From IMG/VR virus record IMGVR_UViG_3300036857_000138, positions 1 to 50,004 of that record: DNA of 50,004 bases; one strand, written 5' to 3'. Source of the DNA: a virus. Its lineage: Duplodnaviria > Caudoviricetes. Within the stretch, counting starts at the first letter, position 1. Every line of letters begins with the position of its first letter. Below are positions 27,129-35,802 of this stretch, piece after piece. The position numbers were made by a program, and so were the translations under genes. The notes beneath the pieces are model-generated. The model ran no database searches. It was not told where the DNA came from and saw only the letters and a list, made by a program, of their open reading frames with translations.

Positions 27129-28570
27129 TGCGCGATCGCTTCCGTTGTCGGGACCTTGACGATTTCGACGGTGAGGACTTCGCCGGTGCGCGAAGTTCGG
27201 ATGGCGATCTGGGCCTTGATTTCTTCGCGGGCGATGCTTTCCGGCGTGTTCACGTCAGGGCCGGTATTGACGTTGAAGGCTTCGTCGGGGGTCTGGCCGT
27301 AGAGGGCGTTCGCCATGTAGAACGGCAGGCAGGCCCGGCCCGAGAGGTCGGCTTCGAGGTCCTTGAAGATGTAGCCGTGGCCGTCGATCTGGGCGAAGTC
27401 GTAGTCCTCCATCACGAGGTCGGCGGCGGCCGCGACGGCCATCACGACCCGGCTCGCGGCGAAGCTCGCCCAGTCGCCATCGGTCGTCGGGTTGACGAGG
27501 GTCCGGTTGCCGTAGGTCATCGGTATCCCGCGCTTGAGGATCGCCACGGTGACGCCGGAGTTGTTGAGCGTTTCGCGTTCGGCGTCGGTGTACTGGACCG
27601 AGAGGTTGGTCGCGTAGCGACAGGCCCCGCGCTTACCGGCGGCGGCCTCGCCCGGCGAGTGCCCTTCGCCCTCCGAGCGAGCGATCAGGCCCATCTGGAT
27701 CGCCGACCAGGGGACCGTCCGGGTCGTGCCTTTGGTCAGCCCCGGTATCACCGCGTGAGCCGCCAGGAGAGCGCCGTAGCGGGCACCGGTGACGGATCGG
27801 AGGGCAACCCCTCGCGTCGTCAATTCGCCGCTCGCATCGGACGCGAGATCGAGCAGCGCCCGACGATTGTTTTCGTTGCAATGGGCGAGGATCGCTTTGT
27901 GCATCGCTTCGGTCTGGAACCCCGGCGCGGCGATCTGGCCGGGGCCGAGATCGCGGGTGAAGAGTTTGAGCGCGGCTTCGACCTGCGCTTGTTCGACTTT
28001 CGAGTTTTTGTCTTCGCCGCCGGTCAGTTCGACGGTCTGCGCTTTCGGGATCGCTTCCCCGGCTTCGCCGACTTCGGCGTTGACGTACTGCGAGGTCTGA
28101 TTCGCCCAGTTGACGATCTGTTCGATCGTCGTCAGTTCGGCAACCGACTCGACGACGACGCCGCTCAGTTCGACGATGATCGTCGCTTTGCCGCCCGCGA
28201 CTTCGACTTTGACTTTGAGTTTGTTGCCCCATTCACCGGCCGACTCGGCTTTCAATTTGACGACTTTTTTGCCGCCGGTGTCGGCGAGTTCGGCGGCCGC
28301 CTGTTTCGCCCCTTCCCCGATCGCCCGGCCGATGTAGATGCGCGAGGCCCCCTCGCGGAAGGCCGCATCGACGCAGTCGTAGAGCAGCGGGAACCCGGTC
28401 ACGCGCCCCCCGTACCGGGCCACGAAATCGGCCAGCGAGACGACCGCGAGCGCTTTGTTGGTCGGGCCTCGTTCGCTGACCCCGACTAGAAACCCGTTGG
28501 CGGTCGAGCCAGCCGAAGTCGGGGCGGCGGCTCGTTCGCCGATTAGTACGGTGTGGCCCGGCAGCGGCAT
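27125..28570 (-). CDS. Tail sheath protein
   Basis: LPG..., G.SERGP, AGEWGN.LKV, LTGG.D, YGNRTL, VNTPESI. Confidence 0.92.
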   Translation of the reverse strand: MPLPGHTVLIGERAAAPTSAGSTANGFLVGVSERGPTNKALAVVSLADFVARYGGRVTGFPLLYDCVDAAFREGASRIYIGRAIGEGAKQAAAELADTGGKKVVKLKAESAGEWGNKLKVKVEVAGGKATIIVELSGVVVESVAELTTIEQIVNWANQTSQYVNAEVGEAGEAIPKAQTVELTGGEDKNSKVEQAQVEAALKLFTRDLGPGQIAAPGFQTEAMHKAILAHCNENNRRALLDLASDASGELTTRGVALRSVTGARYGALLAAHAVIPGLTKGTTRTVPWSAIQMGLIARSEGEGHSPGEAAAGKRGACRYATNLSVQYTDAERETLNNSGVTVAILKRGIPMTYGNRTLVNPTTDGDWASFAASRVVMAVAAAADLVMEDYDFAQIDGHGYIFKDLEADLSGRACLPFYMANALYGQTPDEAFNVNTGPDVNTPESIAREEIKAQIAIRTSRTGEVLTVEIVKVPTTEAIAQ

Positions 28571-28578
28571 CTAGCGCC

Positions 28579-28604
28579 AGGCTACGCAGGTTCGGCACCC
28601 CCCC
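28579..28604 (-). promoter_or_regulatory. Late promoter (leaderless)
   Basis: GGGGGGGT-N12-TAGCCT-N8-ATG. Confidence 0.75.
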
Positions 28605-29233
28605 TAGCCGGGCAGGTCCTCGACGATCTCGACCGTGACCTCGCTCGATTTGACGGTGCCCCACGGCGGCTGTTCTTCGGTACTCGGCGCTTGCGGCCCT
28701 TCGTCCCGATCGAGGACGGCGGCGGCCTCGATCTCATAGGTCGCCGAGACGGCCATCAGGTTTCGCTCAACATCGACCCCCTGCACGACCGGGTAGTTGC
28801 GCTCGTCAACCCAGCGGGTCCCGAGCGCGAAGCCGCCGAGGTCTTCGTGCTGGACGATCGCCGCCTTCGCCGCCGAGGCATAGACCCGCGTCAGGGCCTT
28901 CGTGTTCGCCATCGTGTCGGCCCCGGCGATCGCCGCCAGGCCGACCGCGTATTTGGCGCTGACCTCGCCGTCGCCGTGATACTCGGGCGGTTCGGTCAGC
29001 CCCGGCGAGTAGGCGAGAATCATCGGGATTTGGTCTTCGGGCCACTTCTCTTCGGCGGCGTGGACGACGGTGAAGCTCCGCACCGGCTCGACCCCGTCCG
29101 GCCATAGCTCGCCGTCCGGGTCCTTTTGCCGGACGACCTCGGCGATGTAGGTCGGCAGCCAGAGTTCAAGGTGGGCGAGCAGGGCGGCCTCAACGTCGGC
29201 CGCGTCGAGGATCGGTCCGAAGCGGTTGGTCAC
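28604..29233 (-). CDS. Tail terminator / neck protein
   Basis: Position just before the sheath. Confidence 0.65.
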   Translation of the reverse strand: MTNRFGPILDAADVEAALLAHLELWLPTYIAEVVRQKDPDGELWPDGVEPVRSFTVVHAAEEKWPEDQIPMILAYSPGLTEPPEYHGDGEVSAKYAVGLAAIAGADTMANTKALTRVYASAAKAAIVQHEDLGGFALGTRWVDERNYPVVQGVDVERNLMAVSATYEIEAAAVLDRDEGPQAPSTEEQPPWGTVKSSEVTVEIVEDLPG

Positions 29234-29721
29234 GCGATCCCGCCGAACTCGGGGACCCCGAACATCGCCCGCTCTTGGGCGACCATGTAGCGCTGGACCT
29301 CCTTTGTGATCCGCCGCCGCAGGGACTCGTCAACGAGCAGCGGGTCGCGCTTCGGCATGAACCGGGTCCCGGTCTTGTGGAACTTCGCGTACTCGACCGA
29401 GGTCCCGAAGTAGAGGGTGTCGTCGGTGATGACCTCGAAGCCGCCGGAGCCGTGGCGGGTCAGAGATCGGAACATCGCTTCGGTCGCTTTCAGAATGTCG
29501 AGCGGCTGCCCGAGCGCCCGCTTGCGTTCGATCGTCGATTCTTTCAGCGGTGCCCATGCGTCCTCAGTCTCGAACAGTTTTAGCTCCGAGAGCCGGAGCA
29601 TGTCGGCGATCGCGTGCAGGACCGGACTCGCATCGTCGAGGCGGTCCCCCATGCCGAGCATCTTGTAGGCAACGTCGTCCTCACCGAACGCCTTGAAATC
29701 GACGGAGAACGGCACCGTCAA
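29230..29721 (-). CDS. Virion morphogenesis (Mu gpG-like) neck protein
   Basis: WAPLKESTI.RK...IL..T..M..SL...FGTSVEYAKFH.TGT..MP.R. Confidence 0.85.
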   Translation of the reverse strand: MTVPFSVDFKAFGEDDVAYKMLGMGDRLDDASPVLHAIADMLRLSELKLFETEDAWAPLKESTIERKRALGQPLDILKATEAMFRSLTRHGSGGFEVITDDTLYFGTSVEYAKFHKTGTRFMPKRDPLLVDESLRRRITKEVQRYMVAQERAMFGVPEFGGIA

Positions 29722-30194
29722 AGCTCTTTCGAGGACGGGCCGATCACTTCGCGGAGGTCGGTGTAGGCCGCCGGGGTGAGGATCGCTTTGCCGTCAGCGC
29801 CGCCCCCTTCGCCACCGGCCGCGCCCCCGCACTCGCGGGCGACTTCCTCGTCGAGGACTTTGATCTGGCCTTCCCACAGTTTCATCAGCGAGTTGAAGCT
29901 CGACCCCGTCGCCGTCGTCTGCTCGGGGAAGTAGGACTGCTCGATCAGCATCGCGGTATAGAGGGCCGCCGCCGCCCCGGCGTCTTCGCGTAGCTCTTCG
30001 GTGCAGGGGTCGCCGACCTGCGTCATCACGCGCCGGACGCCTTTCGAGATCAGCCGTTCGACCTCTTCGCCGGTCGGCCGGGTCGTCGCGTCGAAGGTGC
30101 CGACCTCTTTCCCCGCCGGGTTCTTCGTCCGCGCCCGGATATGGGCCGCTACGTCCTCGACGCTCGGGGTCCATTCGGGCGGTTCGGCGGGCAT
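29718..30194 (-). CDS. Head-tail adaptor
   Basis: Follows the capsid gene; helical, WTPSVEDVA...RPT..EV. Confidence 0.7.
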   Translation of the reverse strand: MPAEPPEWTPSVEDVAAHIRARTKNPAGKEVGTFDATTRPTGEEVERLISKGVRRVMTQVGDPCTEELREDAGAAAALYTAMLIEQSYFPEQTTATGSSFNSLMKLWEGQIKVLDEEVARECGGAAGGEGGGADGKAILTPAAYTDLREVIGPSSKEL

Positions 30195-30200
30195 GGACCC

Positions 30201-30226
30201 AGTCTCGCGGTCCCGCTCACCCCCCC
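30201..30226 (-). promoter_or_regulatory. Late promoter (leaderless)
   Basis: GGGGGGGT-N12-GAGACT-N6-ATG. Confidence 0.65.
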
Positions 30227-30235
30227 GTCAGCGGG

Positions 30236-31177
30236 CTATTCGTTGATCCCGGTTAGCTGCCAGACGGCGGCGGGTTCGTTGAGGACGACGACCGGCCGGA
30301 CCTCGATGATGTACACGTCGGTTTTGCGACGTGCGACCCGTTCCTGCTCTTGGCTGACCGGCTGCTCGAAGAGCAAGGCCCCGAGTTGACCGGCCTTGAC
30401 GAAGAGCGGCGCACCTTTGGTAGCGAGAACGGTGCGGACGATGTTCGTGATCCCGAAGTCACCGAGCATCGCTTTGACGCCGCCCGGCTGGGCCAGGCCG
30501 CCGACCGTCGAGTAGGTGACGATCAACGTCTGCCAGTCGTCGGGGTGAATGATCAGCGTGTCGGGGAAGACCCCGGCTTTGTCGGCGATGAACTTGTTTT
30601 CGATCCGGGCGAAGTCGGCGAAGGGAAGTTTGGTCGGGTCCGAGGCCTGAATCCCCGAGGCGTGAGCTTCGGTCCAGTTGATCGGCGAGTTGACGGTCCG
30701 CGACTGGGCGGTGACGAACGCCGCGAGGGCGGTGATCACGGTCGTCTGAATGTTGTTGGCGATCGTGTTCGCGGCGCGGGTGAACTGATTTGCGACGGCG
30801 ATCGCGTCGTTGCGAGCGCGGGCCTCGTCGGTGACCTCGATCGAGCCGGACCAGCTTTCGGGCCGCGAGACTGCCGGTTCGCCCCGTTCCGCACCGAGCC
30901 TCGGGGCCTCGGCACCGGGGGCACGAGGGGCGAGCGACTGATCGGCGGGCAGGAAGAGGTCGGTCGGTTTCAGGATTTCGTAGAGGACCGCCCCGCCCTG
31001 CACTTTGATACCGGGCGTCGAGAGAATCTGCTCGGCGAAGTAGCCCATGTTCGAGGCGACGAGGGCGGCGATCCGGGCCGGGATTTTCGTCGGCGGGTTG
31101 ACGTAGCTGTCAACGGTGACGAGGGTCCCCGATACGGTTGCCCCTCCAAGCGGTTGTGCGATCGGATTCTGCGGCAT
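30236..31177 (-). CDS. Major capsid protein
   Basis: 313 aa; APGAEAP, IEVTDEA..RN, PDTLIIHP, V.NEP.AV..LTGI. Confidence 0.88.
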   Translation of the reverse strand: MPQNPIAQPLGGATVSGTLVTVDSYVNPPTKIPARIAALVASNMGYFAEQILSTPGIKVQGGAVLYEILKPTDLFLPADQSLAPRAPGAEAPRLGAERGEPAVSRPESWSGSIEVTDEARARNDAIAVANQFTRAANTIANNIQTTVITALAAFVTAQSRTVNSPINWTEAHASGIQASDPTKLPFADFARIENKFIADKAGVFPDTLIIHPDDWQTLIVTYSTVGGLAQPGGVKAMLGDFGITNIVRTVLATKGAPLFVKAGQLGALLFEQPVSQEQERVARRKTDVYIIEVRPVVVLNEPAAVWQLTGINE

Positions 31178-31178
31178 A

Positions 31179-31631
31179 TCAGAGCCTTAGCTGGACCTCG
31201 ACGTAGTTTCCGGTTGTGGCCGTGGAGAGCGCGACGCCTAGCTCTTTCCCGGCTTCCGCTTTCATCGCCTGACCGTTGGCGGCGGCCATCACGGTTTCGC
31301 CGACTTTGATTTCTTCTTTCGCCTGCACGCGGGCGACGCCGCCGCCGGACATGACCTCGACGAGGCGATCGACCGAGGACGCGGGCGAGCCTTCCGAGGC
31401 CGACCGCTGGGTGACCCCGAGGACCGTGAACGGGGCGGCTTTTTCCCCGGCGTGTTCGACTTCGACGTTCCCGGCCGCCGTTCGGCCGACGATTTTGACG
31501 AAGCGACCGGCTTCGACCGAGGTTTTCGCGTAGGCCGTGAGGTTCTCGCCCGGCTTGTAGCGGCCGATCTGCTCGGCCATAAGGACCGCGAGGCCGAGGG
31601 CGAACCCGGCGCGTAGAAGGGTGCGGATCAC
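31179..31631 (-). CDS. Capsid decoration/cement protein (start 31631 or 31580)
   Basis: GRFVKI, LGV, I.VG..V....G.A, GVAL pattern; directly before the major capsid gene. Confidence 0.8.
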   Translation of the reverse strand: MIRTLLRAGFALGLAVLMAEQIGRYKPGENLTAYAKTSVEAGRFVKIVGRTAAGNVEVEHAGEKAAPFTVLGVTQRSASEGSPASSVDRLVEVMSGGGVARVQAKEEIKVGETVMAAANGQAMKAEAGKELGVALSTATTGNYVEVQLRL

Positions 31632-32230
31632 GATGACTCCCTCGGTCGGTAGGCGACGCCGAAGAGGTCCTGCATTTCCTGATCGGTGACGGCCGTCGCG
31701 GACATGTTCGCCGGGTCACGGCTTGAGCCGCGCTCGTCGAGCGGCACGAGGCCCGGCTCAAGGTCGTTGATCAACTGCTCGGTCCCCTCGGGGTCCGACT
31801 CGTGAAGCTGGCGGTAGTGCGCGGCCCGCGCCGGGGCGAACTTGCCGTCCTCGACCGCTTTGGCGATCAGCGCGTCGCGGCCCGCTTTCACCTGCTCGCG
31901 GCGGGCCTCGGCCCCCGCTTTCGCGTCGTTGCGGGTCTGCTGCCAAGTCTCGGCGTCAACGGTGACGGTGCCTTTCGCGGCCGCCCCCTCGCCCTCGGTG
32001 CCCTCGCCCTCGGCCGGAGTCTCGGTTTCTTCCTCGGATTCGGAAGGCTGCTCGCCCTCGGCCGGAGTGCCCTCGGCGGGCGTCTCACCGGACTCGCCGT
32101 TGCCGTTGCCCTCGGTACCCGTCTCGCCCTCTTCGTCGCCCTCGCGGGCGGCGAGCGCGGCTTTGACTTCGTCGTCGGATGCGCTCGCTTCGAGGCCGAG
32201 AACTTTGCGGAGTTCGGCTGCCGGGTCCAT
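31628..32230 (-). CDS. Nested scaffold protein (in-frame internal start, 200 aa)
   Basis: ATG 32230 (MDPAAELRKVLGL) lies 7 nt after an internal late-promoter motif. Confidence 0.7.
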   Translation of the reverse strand: MDPAAELRKVLGLEASASDDEVKAALAAREGDEEGETGTEGNGNGESGETPAEGTPAEGEQPSESEEETETPAEGEGTEGEGAAAKGTVTVDAETWQQTRNDAKAGAEARREQVKAGRDALIAKAVEDGKFAPARAAHYRQLHESDPEGTEQLINDLEPGLVPLDERGSSRDPANMSATAVTDQEMQDLFGVAYRPRESS

Positions 32231-33460
32231 CGCCGATTTTGTAGCGGAACTCCGCACCCCCCCCTTCGCGGTGATCGAGTCGGGGGGTTCCTCGCCGAGC
32301 GCTTTGTAGGCCGCACGTAGCTTTGCGGCCCCGGATTTCTTCGCCGCGTCGCAGGCCTGCACCGATCCGAACCGCCCGGCGGCGGCGTGGACGGCGTTGC
32401 GATTCAGTTCACCGTTCGGCTCTTTTATCGGCAGGCTGCACCGCTGTTTCGGGGCGAGGTCGCCTTCGCCGCAGAGTTTGCGGTCGATCACGCACGAGGC
32501 TTCGTACTGCTCGTCGGTGAACCGCGCCGGTGATCCGTCCCATGCCGCGTCGGAGATCGCCGCCGGGACCGGCCGGGCGGGTGACTCGGCGCGGTGTCCG
32601 AAGCGAACGGCCGGGGCCTCGCGGTAGCCGTCAACGAAGCGGGCGATCGCCGGTTCCGGCGCAGGCTCGAAGGTCTGCATCACCTGACGCGGCTCGCCGA
32701 ATGACACTTCCTGCTCGGAGTTCGAGTCGAACGGGATCGCCCAAAGGTTCCCCTCGTTATCGTCGGCGATGATCTCGTTCGGTTCGGTCCAGACCCCGGC
32801 GGGCCACCACCAGTAGCGATCGCCGGATGCGTACTCGGCGCAGAAGAGGTCGATGACGCGGTCAATGTCGGCCGAGGCTTTGATCGGTGGCACGCCCTCC
32901 GGTGTAGCCGAAGTCGTCACCCCCTCGCCCGAGGTCAGGAACCCTTCGAGGTCCTCAAGGTTGAGGATCGCCGGGCGGGCCACGCCGAGCAGCGAGACGG
33001 CGGTGATCACGAGCGAGTAGGTCTTGCCGCCGGGAGTGCGAACGTCCCACGTCCCCTTCGGTTCACCGGCGGGGCCGTCCTCGATCGAGTAGCTGCCCTC
33101 CATCGACCGGCTCGGGTAGGCCGAGGGCATCGCCTCGGCGAGCCAGGCCGGGACGTTGACGTAGTCGCCGACGAGGACCGCGCCGTCGTTGACGAGCCGC
33201 AGGTTGCGGACCTGACCGACCGCAGGCTCACCGTCGAACTCGGCCTCGAAGGGATCGTGATCGTTGCGATCCTCGGAGTTGAAGCGGGGGTCGGTATGGC
33301 CGATCTTGAGCCGGGGCGGCTGGACGTGGGGGTCTTCGTTCGCCGCCGTCACCGCGTCTTCAAGGTGTTCGAGCCGGATCGTGATCGGGCCGTTGGCGGT
33401 CGGCCACTCCATCCCGGCCGAGGCGATCTCGACGTTGGGAATCGTCAGGTACTCGGGCAC
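31628..33460 (-). CDS. Prohead protease-scaffold fusion
   Basis: LKIGH, PAVG.V.NL, YPSRSME, AVSLLG..RPA (Mu-type protease); acidic scaffold-like C-terminus with A..DGK..PA. Confidence 0.85.
   Translation of the reverse strand: MPEYLTIPNVEIASAGMEWPTANGPITIRLEHLEDAVTAANEDPHVQPPRLKIGHTDPRFNSEDRNDHDPFEAEFDGEPAVGQVRNLRLVNDGAVLVGDYVNVPAWLAEAMPSAYPSRSMEGSYSIEDGPAGEPKGTWDVRTPGGKTYSLVITAVSLLGVARPAILNLEDLEGFLTSGEGVTTSATPEGVPPIKASADIDRVIDLFCAEYASGDRYWWWPAGVWTEPNEIIADDNEGNLWAIPFDSNSEQEVSFGEPRQVMQTFEPAPEPAIARFVDGYREAPAVRFGHRAESPARPVPAAISDAAWDGSPARFTDEQYEASCVIDRKLCGEGDLAPKQRCSLPIKEPNGELNRNAVHAAAGRFGSVQACDAAKKSGAAKLRAAYKALGEEPPDSITAKGGVRSSATKSAMDPAAELRKVLGLEASASDDEVKAALAAREGDEEGETGTEGNGNGESGETPAEGTPAEGEQPSESEEETETPAEGEGTEGEGAAAKGTVTVDAETWQQTRNDAKAGAEARREQVKAGRDALIAKAVEDGKFAPARAAHYRQLHESDPEGTEQLINDLEPGLVPLDERGSSRDPANMSATAVTDQEMQDLFGVAYRPRESS
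32238..32264 (-). promoter_or_regulatory. Intragenic late promoter (leaderless)
   Basis: GGGGGGGGT-N12-TACAAA-N7-ATG. Confidence 0.7.
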
Positions 33461-33467
33461 GCCCCCG

Positions 33468-33491
33468 GTTCTACCGAGGCGCGTGACCCCC
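33468..33491 (-). promoter_or_regulatory. Late promoter (leaderless)
   Basis: GGGGGT-N12-TAGAAC-N7-GTG. Confidence 0.75.
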
Positions 33492-33730
33492 TACTTCGAC
33501 TCGGCCTCGGCCTCTTCCTCGGTGCCGGTTGCTTCGGCCTCGGCGATCGACTCGGGGCCTACCTGCGGCCGGTCGTGATCGAACGCTCGGCCCGACGCCT
33601 CACCCTGCACGTCGCCGAGCTTCGCCCCCGATTTGCCGATCTTGACCTCGACCGACTGCCCGGACTCAAGCTGGACCCGTTCGTCGCCTTCGTCGATGAC
33701 GGTTACGCCGCCCTCGTTTCTGATCTCCAT
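33491..33730 (-). CDS. Small acidic protein
   Basis: Leaderless ATG after the late promoter motif. Confidence 0.7.
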   Translation of the reverse strand: MEIRNEGGVTVIDEGDERVQLESGQSVEVKIGKSGAKLGDVQGEASGRAFDHDRPQVGPESIAEAEATGTEEEAEAESK

Positions 33731-33737
33731 GCCCGCC

Positions 33738-33761
33738 CTTCTACCCGATCGGGCGACCCCC
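33738..33761 (-). promoter_or_regulatory. Late promoter (leaderless)
   Basis: GGGGGT-N12-TAGAAG-N7-ATG. Confidence 0.72.
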
Positions 33762-33943
33762 TACAACGGGGCGGTCGTCGAGCCGTCGCGCTCGGTCCGC
33801 TCGAAAGCGACGAAGAGGCTCGCGTCCATCGGCGAATACCCGTACTGCTCGATCAGCTTTTGGGTGAACAGTTGAACGTCGATCGGGTCTTTCAAGGCCC
33901 GCGCTTCCTCGGCCAGTTTTTCGATCTCGGCGGTTTCCATCAC
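33761..33943 (-). CDS. Small hypothetical protein coupled to MuF-zincin
   Basis: GTGA overlap with the MuF stop. Confidence 0.6.
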   Translation of the reverse strand: MMETAEIEKLAEEARALKDPIDVQLFTQKLIEQYGYSPMDASLFVAFERTERDGSTTAPL

Positions 33944-35802
33944 TCGCCTTTCCAGATGCCATTCGCCTTCAAGAGCGCGACCATTTTCTCACGGATCGGT
34001 GCCCATTCCTCGTCGGTCCAGTTGTACATGCCGGGTTTGTGATTGCGGTGTACGGCGCGGACCCGTTCGAGGCCTAGCTCGCGGGCGATGAAATGCTCGA
34101 AGACGCGGGCGAACTGCTCGGAGCCTTCGAGCAGGTAGTTGCGGTAGCCCTGCGACCAGACCGCCGACCAGCCCTCATTGATCACCTTCGGCTGGGAGAG
34201 GAACCGGATCGGGGCCGAGTTGCCGACCTCGGCCATCAGGTCGGCCAACTCCGGCGAGGCCTGCGCGATCTTCGCCGGGTCACTCCACTCGGTCAGGAAG
34301 ACCTCGCCCGAGGGCCGGATCGTCGGGTGCTTGAGGGCGAGCAGATTGTCGAGCCGGTGGCCTAGCTCGTGACTGGTCGCCGTCCGCCAGTAGGCCGCGT
34401 CGGCGAGCGCTTCGTTCGCCGCCACGTCGTAGTAGAGGCGGGCGGCTCGCGTCTCGTTGCCAGCCCCGAGCGCGGCGACCGCCCCTTTTGCCTGACCGAG
34501 CGGCGGCGCATCCTCAAGCGCGACGACGCCCTCGTCGGCGGGGAAGGCGAGCAGCTTGTCCATATCCTCTAGGGCCTGTTCGGCCCCCGGCTTCGCGTAT
34601 TTGAGGCCGAACTCGCCGTGTATCCGATCGCTCGGGCGGATCGAGCGGGTCATTTCCTCCCAGCGCCGGACGTGACCGGCGACGGCGTCTTTCGCCACTT
34701 CGGCGGCGCTCGCGGTCGGCCCGGCCGGGACTGGCGGCTCGGGGATCGGGACCGGCGGTTGCGCCGGTGGCGGTGCCCCCGCCCGGCCGTACACGGCGAC
34801 GAGGGTGCCCCGGCACCGCAGGCCGCCTTCGCATTCGACGTAGCCCCCGGTCGGATAGTCCTCTTCGGCTTCGGCCAGGGTGTCGTATTCGGTTCCGTCA
34901 ATATCCGCGCAGGGGCCGCAGGTGTTTTCGTCCATGACCTCGCTCGCGTAGATCGCCATCCTCACCGCCCCGCCGGGGTCGGCGCGGGCGATGATCGGCT
35001 CGACCGGCGGTTCTTCCTGCGCCCGCATGAACGCCTTACGCCCGGCGTTGTAGGCCTGCATCGTCGCCCCCCCGAGTTGCAGTTCAAGCTCGGCGTCGGA
35101 GAGTTCGAGCAGGTAGGAACGGACGGCCTGACCGGCGGCGGTCGCTTCGAGGGTCGAGACGGCGGCGGCTTTTTTTGCGGCGGCGGTCGAGAGGCCGTTC
35201 GCCAGGTTGACGACGACGGCCCCGGCCCGCTCGTTGGCCTGTTCGTTGACGGCGCTCGGATCGACCTGCACCGGCTCGATATCGCCGATCTGCGATACGA
35301 ACTCCGACCGGGCCGAGGTCGCACCGGCGGCGGCCGCGTCCTGTAGGTGCCCGGCGACGAGCAGCGGTTCGACCGGCTGGACCGTGATCCGGGCCAGGTT
35401 GACGGCGTTCCCGGCGGCGGCTTCGGTGGCCTCGACCGCTTCCTCGATCTGGTCGAGTTGAGCGCGTTTGTAGTCGGCCAGCAGCGACGCCCGCTGGCGC
35501 TGATAGACCTGCTCCATGTCGGCGAAGTCAGCCCCCGAGGCGACCTCGTGATCGAGTAGCTCACGCCGGAGTTCGCGGTTCGGCAGTTGATGCCCGGCGG
35601 TCAGGGCGAGGGTGCCGTCAGGGTGCCGATGCAGGACCCCGGCGTCGAGCAGTTCGTCCCGAGCGCGGCGTGCAGTCCCGTTTTTCGGGTCGGTGCCAAT
35701 GGCGCGTGCCAACTGCGGCCAGGTCCGCCGCTGGCCCGCCGCCTCGGTTATCCGCGCCGCGACCTCCCGGCGGACTGAGCCGTCGCGGCTTGCACTTTTG
35801 GG
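33940..35802 (-). CDS. wHTH-MuF minor head protein with C-terminal zincin; probably translated as a -1 frameshift extension of portal
   Basis: MDENTCGPCADIDG...CEGGLRCRGTLV (MuF); HELGHRLD...EQFARVFE (zincin); frame open back to 35913 and the first start is a TTG at 35712 inside the HTH. Confidence 0.8.
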   Translation of the reverse strand, partial: PKSASRDGSVRREVAARITEAAGQRRTWPQLARAIGTDPKNGTARRARDELLDAGVLHRHPDGTLALTAGHQLPNRELRRELLDHEVASGADFADMEQVYQRQRASLLADYKRAQLDQIEEAVEATEAAAGNAVNLARITVQPVEPLLVAGHLQDAAAAGATSARSEFVSQIGDIEPVQVDPSAVNEQANERAGAVVVNLANGLSTAAAKKAAAVSTLEATAAGQAVRSYLLELSDAELELQLGGATMQAYNAGRKAFMRAQEEPPVEPIIARADPGGAVRMAIYASEVMDENTCGPCADIDGTEYDTLAEAEEDYPTGGYVECEGGLRCRGTLVAVYGRAGAPPPAQPPVPIPEPPVPAGPTASAAEVAKDAVAGHVRRWEEMTRSIRPSDRIHGEFGLKYAKPGAEQALEDMDKLLAFPADEGVVALEDAPPLGQAKGAVAALGAGNETRAARLYYDVAANEALADAAYWRTATSHELGHRLDNLLALKHPTIRPSGEVFLTEWSDPAKIAQASPELADLMAEVGNSAPIRFLSQPKVINEGWSAVWSQGYRNYLLEGSEQFARVFEHFIARELGLERVRAVHRNHKPGMYNWTDEEWAPIREKMVALLKANGIWKGE

